From positions 192,001-256,000 of the forward strand of contig CBDBKE010000001.1 in assembly GCA_965206645.1 (NCBI GenBank): 64,000 nucleotides of DNA, written 5' to 3'. The notes under the pieces were generated by a model. That model saw only the letters and a list, made by a program, of their open reading frames with translations, did not search any database and was not told the DNA's origin. Source of the stretch: Terriglobia bacterium (GTDB lineage Bacteria > Acidobacteriota > Terriglobia > JAJPHL01 > JAPKYU01). Below, in pieces: positions 61,044 through 64,000 of the stretch. A program made the translations under genes and the position numbers. Within the stretch, counting starts at the first letter, position 1, and the number at the start of each line of letters is the position of its first letter.

Positions 61044-61925
61044 ATGAAACAACCGAAGCCAATGAAGCAACCGAGGTTTTCCTTTATTGATCATCGCGTC
61101 ATCGGCTGGTATTTCCCATGGTTCATGAAAGGCCGGGTTCCGACGAGCAGCCCGTTGGAAACCAAGATGCGTATCGCCAAAGAGGCCGGCTTCGGTGGGG
61201 TCGGGACAAGCTGGTGGGACCTGGTTTCCTTTTACCAGGAGCGCGGCGCCCTGTCGCAACTCAAGACGCTCGCGCAGGAGCTCCACCTTCCCCTGACGGG
61301 ATGCACATTCGTCGCCGAGGGCTGGGCCTTCGCCAGTGGCAGCGGTCGGCAAAACGCGTTGTCCCTCGCCAAGTCTTCACTGGACCTGGCGCATGCCGCC
61401 GGCTGCCAGAACGCCAGCATTGTCGGGTCCTTTGAAACGGGAGAAGTGCGCCAGGCTGCCCAGGGGTTCCGGGAACTGTGCCAGTACGCGGACACCCTGG
61501 GGATGCCTCTGGGTCTGGAGTTTATCGGGCCGACCCCCCAATTAAAAAGCCTCGCCGTGGCTTGGGAAATAGTGGACCTTGCCGGCGCTGCAAATGGCGG
61601 TGTGACGATCGACAGCTATCACTTCTACGCGGGTTCCTCAAGCTTGAAAGACCTTGAGGTGTTCCCGCTGGACAAGATTGTTGCTGTCCATCTGGCGGAT
61701 GCGCCAGCGGACCTGAGCGACCCGGGCATTGACTTGGACCGGATCATGCCCGGGGAAGGAGAACTGGCGTTGCAGGAATTTGTTCAGGTCCTCGACGCCA
61801 AAGGATTCGACGGGTTCTGGCACGTGGAGTGCATCCAAGGCAAAGATTATGCTTCCGACCTCAAGGCGGTCGCTTCGCGCGCCTTCCAGCTCACGGAGAA
61901 GGTTGTCCGCTCGGCGCTCTCCTAG
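61044..61925 (+). CDS. Sugar phosphate isomerase/epimerase (IolE/IolI-like TIM barrel)
   Basis: AGF.GV, LGLEF, DSYHF, VHLAD, R.MPGEG.L.L..F..L...GFDG...VE. Confidence 0.85.
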   Translation: MKQPKPMKQPRFSFIDHRVIGWYFPWFMKGRVPTSSPLETKMRIAKEAGFGGVGTSWWDLVSFYQERGALSQLKTLAQELHLPLTGCTFVAEGWAFASGSGRQNALSLAKSSLDLAHAAGCQNASIVGSFETGEVRQAAQGFRELCQYADTLGMPLGLEFIGPTPQLKSLAVAWEIVDLAGAANGGVTIDSYHFYAGSSSLKDLEVFPLDKIVAVHLADAPADLSDPGIDLDRIMPGEGELALQEFVQVLDAKGFDGFWHVECIQGKDYASDLKAVASRAFQLTEKVVRSALS

Positions 61926-62066
61926 CCCGAAGGCGCCTCACGCTAAAGAACAATCGCATCAGGGAACTGGCCGACCTGGCCGGATCGCTTGGGCAGGGAA
62001 ATGCGTAGGGGAATGTGTAGGGAGAAGGGAGCATCCCCGGGCAGCGGTCCGTAAAACTTCAACGGC

Positions 62067-62762
62067 TTGATGACTGCATCGGTTTCCGCGCGCCGCTGGC
62101 GCCAAGCCCAACGGCGCGAGCTGGATTTCTGGGAGCATTGGGGGGAACTTCCTGCCTACCAGGGCCTGGACCTGGAAAGCTACTGGGCTGGCGAGCGGAG
62201 GAAATTCGTCTTGCCGCCCGACTTCTTTGCCGGTCGCCGGGTACTGGATGTGGGCTGCGGTCCGGTCGGGTTGGTACACTTCCTGCCCGAAGCCGGGGCA
62301 CGAGTGCGCCTGGATCCGCTGCTGGTCGAATACCGCGGACGCCTGCCGTTGGCCGAGCCGCAACTGTCGCTGGCTGCAGCAGGCGAAGCCCTGCCGCTGG
62401 CTTCGGCAAGCTTAGATGTGTGCATCTGCTTCAACACATTCGACCACATGCGCGATCCGCAGGCGGCTCTGGCTGAGGTCCACCGCGTCCTGCGCCCGCA
62501 CGGAACGCTGCTGGCCATGGTCCACAGCTTTCCCGCGTGGGTGTTGCCGCTGCTTTGGCCAGATCGGCTGCATCCGCACCATTGGACCCATCAGGCCGCC
62601 GCGAGACTGCTGAACCGGCACTTCCATGTGACACACGCCCATCGCGCTCGCCGCCAGTTCCAGTTGCCTTTGCGTGCAATGCTGAAGCCCTCCGGATGGA
62701 AGTATGCCGCTGGCAACTTCGTCTTGTGGGCCAGCTATTTCACGGCGCAGCGACGCGGCTGA
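62067..62762 (+). CDS. Class I SAM-dependent methyltransferase
   Basis: VLDVGCGP, GEALP..S.D, DH..DP..L.E..RVLRP.G. Confidence 0.88.
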   Translation: MMTASVSARRWRQAQRRELDFWEHWGELPAYQGLDLESYWAGERRKFVLPPDFFAGRRVLDVGCGPVGLVHFLPEAGARVRLDPLLVEYRGRLPLAEPQLSLAAAGEALPLASASLDVCICFNTFDHMRDPQAALAEVHRVLRPHGTLLAMVHSFPAWVLPLLWPDRLHPHHWTHQAAARLLNRHFHVTHAHRARRQFQLPLRAMLKPSGWKYAAGNFVLWASYFTAQRRG

Positions 62763-62800
62763 GCACCGGCGTTCACGGCGCAGCGGCCCGGCTGAGCGCC
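62739..62800 (+). repeat. 29-bp direct repeat (33-bp period) of the methyltransferase 3' end
   Basis: ttcacggcgcagcgacgcggctgagcacc / ttcacggcgcagcggcccggctgagcgcc. Confidence 0.8.
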
Positions 62801-62846
62801 CCGCCGTTCGAGCCAGCCAACCGGGTGTGCTAACATCGTTATTTAC

Positions 62847-64000
62847 ATGGCGTTCCGGCTGTACAACACGCTGACCGGTCGCGAGGAGGAGTTCGCGCCG
62901 CTGGAAGGTAACCTGGTCCGCATGTACACCTGTGGGCCGACCGTCTACGACTACGCGCATATCGGCAACTACCGCACCTTTGTCTTCCAGGACATCCTGC
63001 GGCGCCACCTGAAGGTCAAGGGTTACCAGTTGCTCCACGTCATGAACATCACCGACGTGGACGACAAGACCATCCGCAACGCCAGGGCGGCCGGAGTGAG
63101 CCTGCGGGAATACACCGAACGCTTCATCCAGGCATTCTCCGAGGACACCGAGAAGCTGCGGCTAGAGAAGCCCGAGCGGACTGCCCGGGCCACCGACCAC
63201 GTCCCGGACATGGTGGTACTGATCCAGAAACTGGAAGCCAAGGGATTCACCTACCGCAGCGACGGCTCTATCTACTTCCGCCTCTCGAACTTTCCCGACT
63301 ACGGCAAGTTGTCCAACCTCAATGTCGCCGGCATCCTGCCCGGCGCGCGGGTGGACGTGGAGGAGTACGAGAAGGAGCACCCACGCGACTTCGCATTGTG
63401 GAAGGCGGCCAAGGAAGGCGACCCCTACTCCTGGGACACGGCGCTGGGCCGCGGCCGCCCTGGCTGGCACATCGAGTGCTCGGCCATGTCCATGAAGTAC
63501 CTGGGCGAAAGCTTCGACATCCACACCGGCGGCACCGACCTGATCTTTCCCCACCACGAGAACGAGATCGCGCAGTCGGAAGCGGCCACCGGTCGCCCGT
63601 TCGTGCACTTCTGGCTGCACTGCGAGCATCTCATTGTGGAAGGGCGCAAGATGTCGAAGTCGCTGGGCAACTATTTCACGTTGCGCGACCTGCTCGATAA
63701 GGGACACAGCCCCGAGGCCATCCGCTACCAGCTGGCCTCGGTGCCCTATCGGCGGCACCTGAATTTCACCTTCGACGGGTTGCGGCAGGCTGCGGCTTCC
63801 ATCGAGCGGCTGCGCAACTTCCGGCTGCGCCTGGGCACCGAGACCTTCCCGCCCGGCGAGCCGGAGCAGGCCGCCGACCTGCTGCGGCGCGCCTCCACCG
63901 AGTTCGAAGCGGCGCTGGACGACAACCTGAACACGGCCGCCGCTCTCGGAGCCGTGTTCGAAGCGGTGCGCGAGCTGAACACCGCCGCTGACGCCGGCAC
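62847..64000 (+). CDS. cysS: Cysteine--tRNA ligase, 3' end outside window
   Basis: Absent from ORF track (no stop); translation from ATG 62847 gives LYNTLT, MYTCGPTVYDYAHIGN, NITDVDDK, DFALWK, GRPGWHIECS, FPHHENE, KMSKS. Confidence 0.97.
   Translation, partial: MAFRLYNTLTGREEEFAPLEGNLVRMYTCGPTVYDYAHIGNYRTFVFQDILRRHLKVKGYQLLHVMNITDVDDKTIRNARAAGVSLREYTERFIQAFSEDTEKLRLEKPERTARATDHVPDMVVLIQKLEAKGFTYRSDGSIYFRLSNFPDYGKLSNLNVAGILPGARVDVEEYEKEHPRDFALWKAAKEGDPYSWDTALGRGRPGWHIECSAMSMKYLGESFDIHTGGTDLIFPHHENEIAQSEAATGRPFVHFWLHCEHLIVEGRKMSKSLGNYFTLRDLLDKGHSPEAIRYQLASVPYRRHLNFTFDGLRQAAASIERLRNFRLRLGTETFPPGEPEQAADLLRRASTEFEAALDDNLNTAAALGAVFEAVRELNTAADAG

Overview
GC-rich bacterial chromosome segment, most likely Acidobacteriota (inferred from a TIGR03437-type 'Solibacter' C-terminal domain protein, a PSD1/DUF1501 pair and the FolD loop insertion). 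About 1-27.6 kb and 48.4-64 kb are mostly housekeeping and envelope genes (glmU, pta, ggt, asnS, arginase, ddl, folD, coaE, HtrA, fabH, ferredoxin, a secretin, and cysS running off the right end). About 28.3-48.4 kb is an accessory region around tRNA-Gly(CCC). It holds a 121-bp MITE-like element joining two truncated genes, an IS3 nested in another IS3, an IS1380 with a 5-bp target duplication, gene fragments, a CocE hydrolase and a FadR-regulated sugar-oxidation cluster. The best candidate for an uncharacterised system is a three-gene minus-strand operon at 50.3-54.3 kb. It encodes a Cys/His metal-binding membrane protein, a circularly permuted TrxB/YpdA-like flavoprotein fused to a NapH/CcoG-like membrane polyferredoxin, and an exported DUF547 protein. 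Also notable are a voltage-gated channel with a TLEGW (CavMr-like) filter, an orphan MglA, and many short local duplications, one of which appears to be a templated insertion detaching a signal peptide. No CRISPR array, rRNA or integrase was seen. All family calls come from motif recognition by eye, not database searches.
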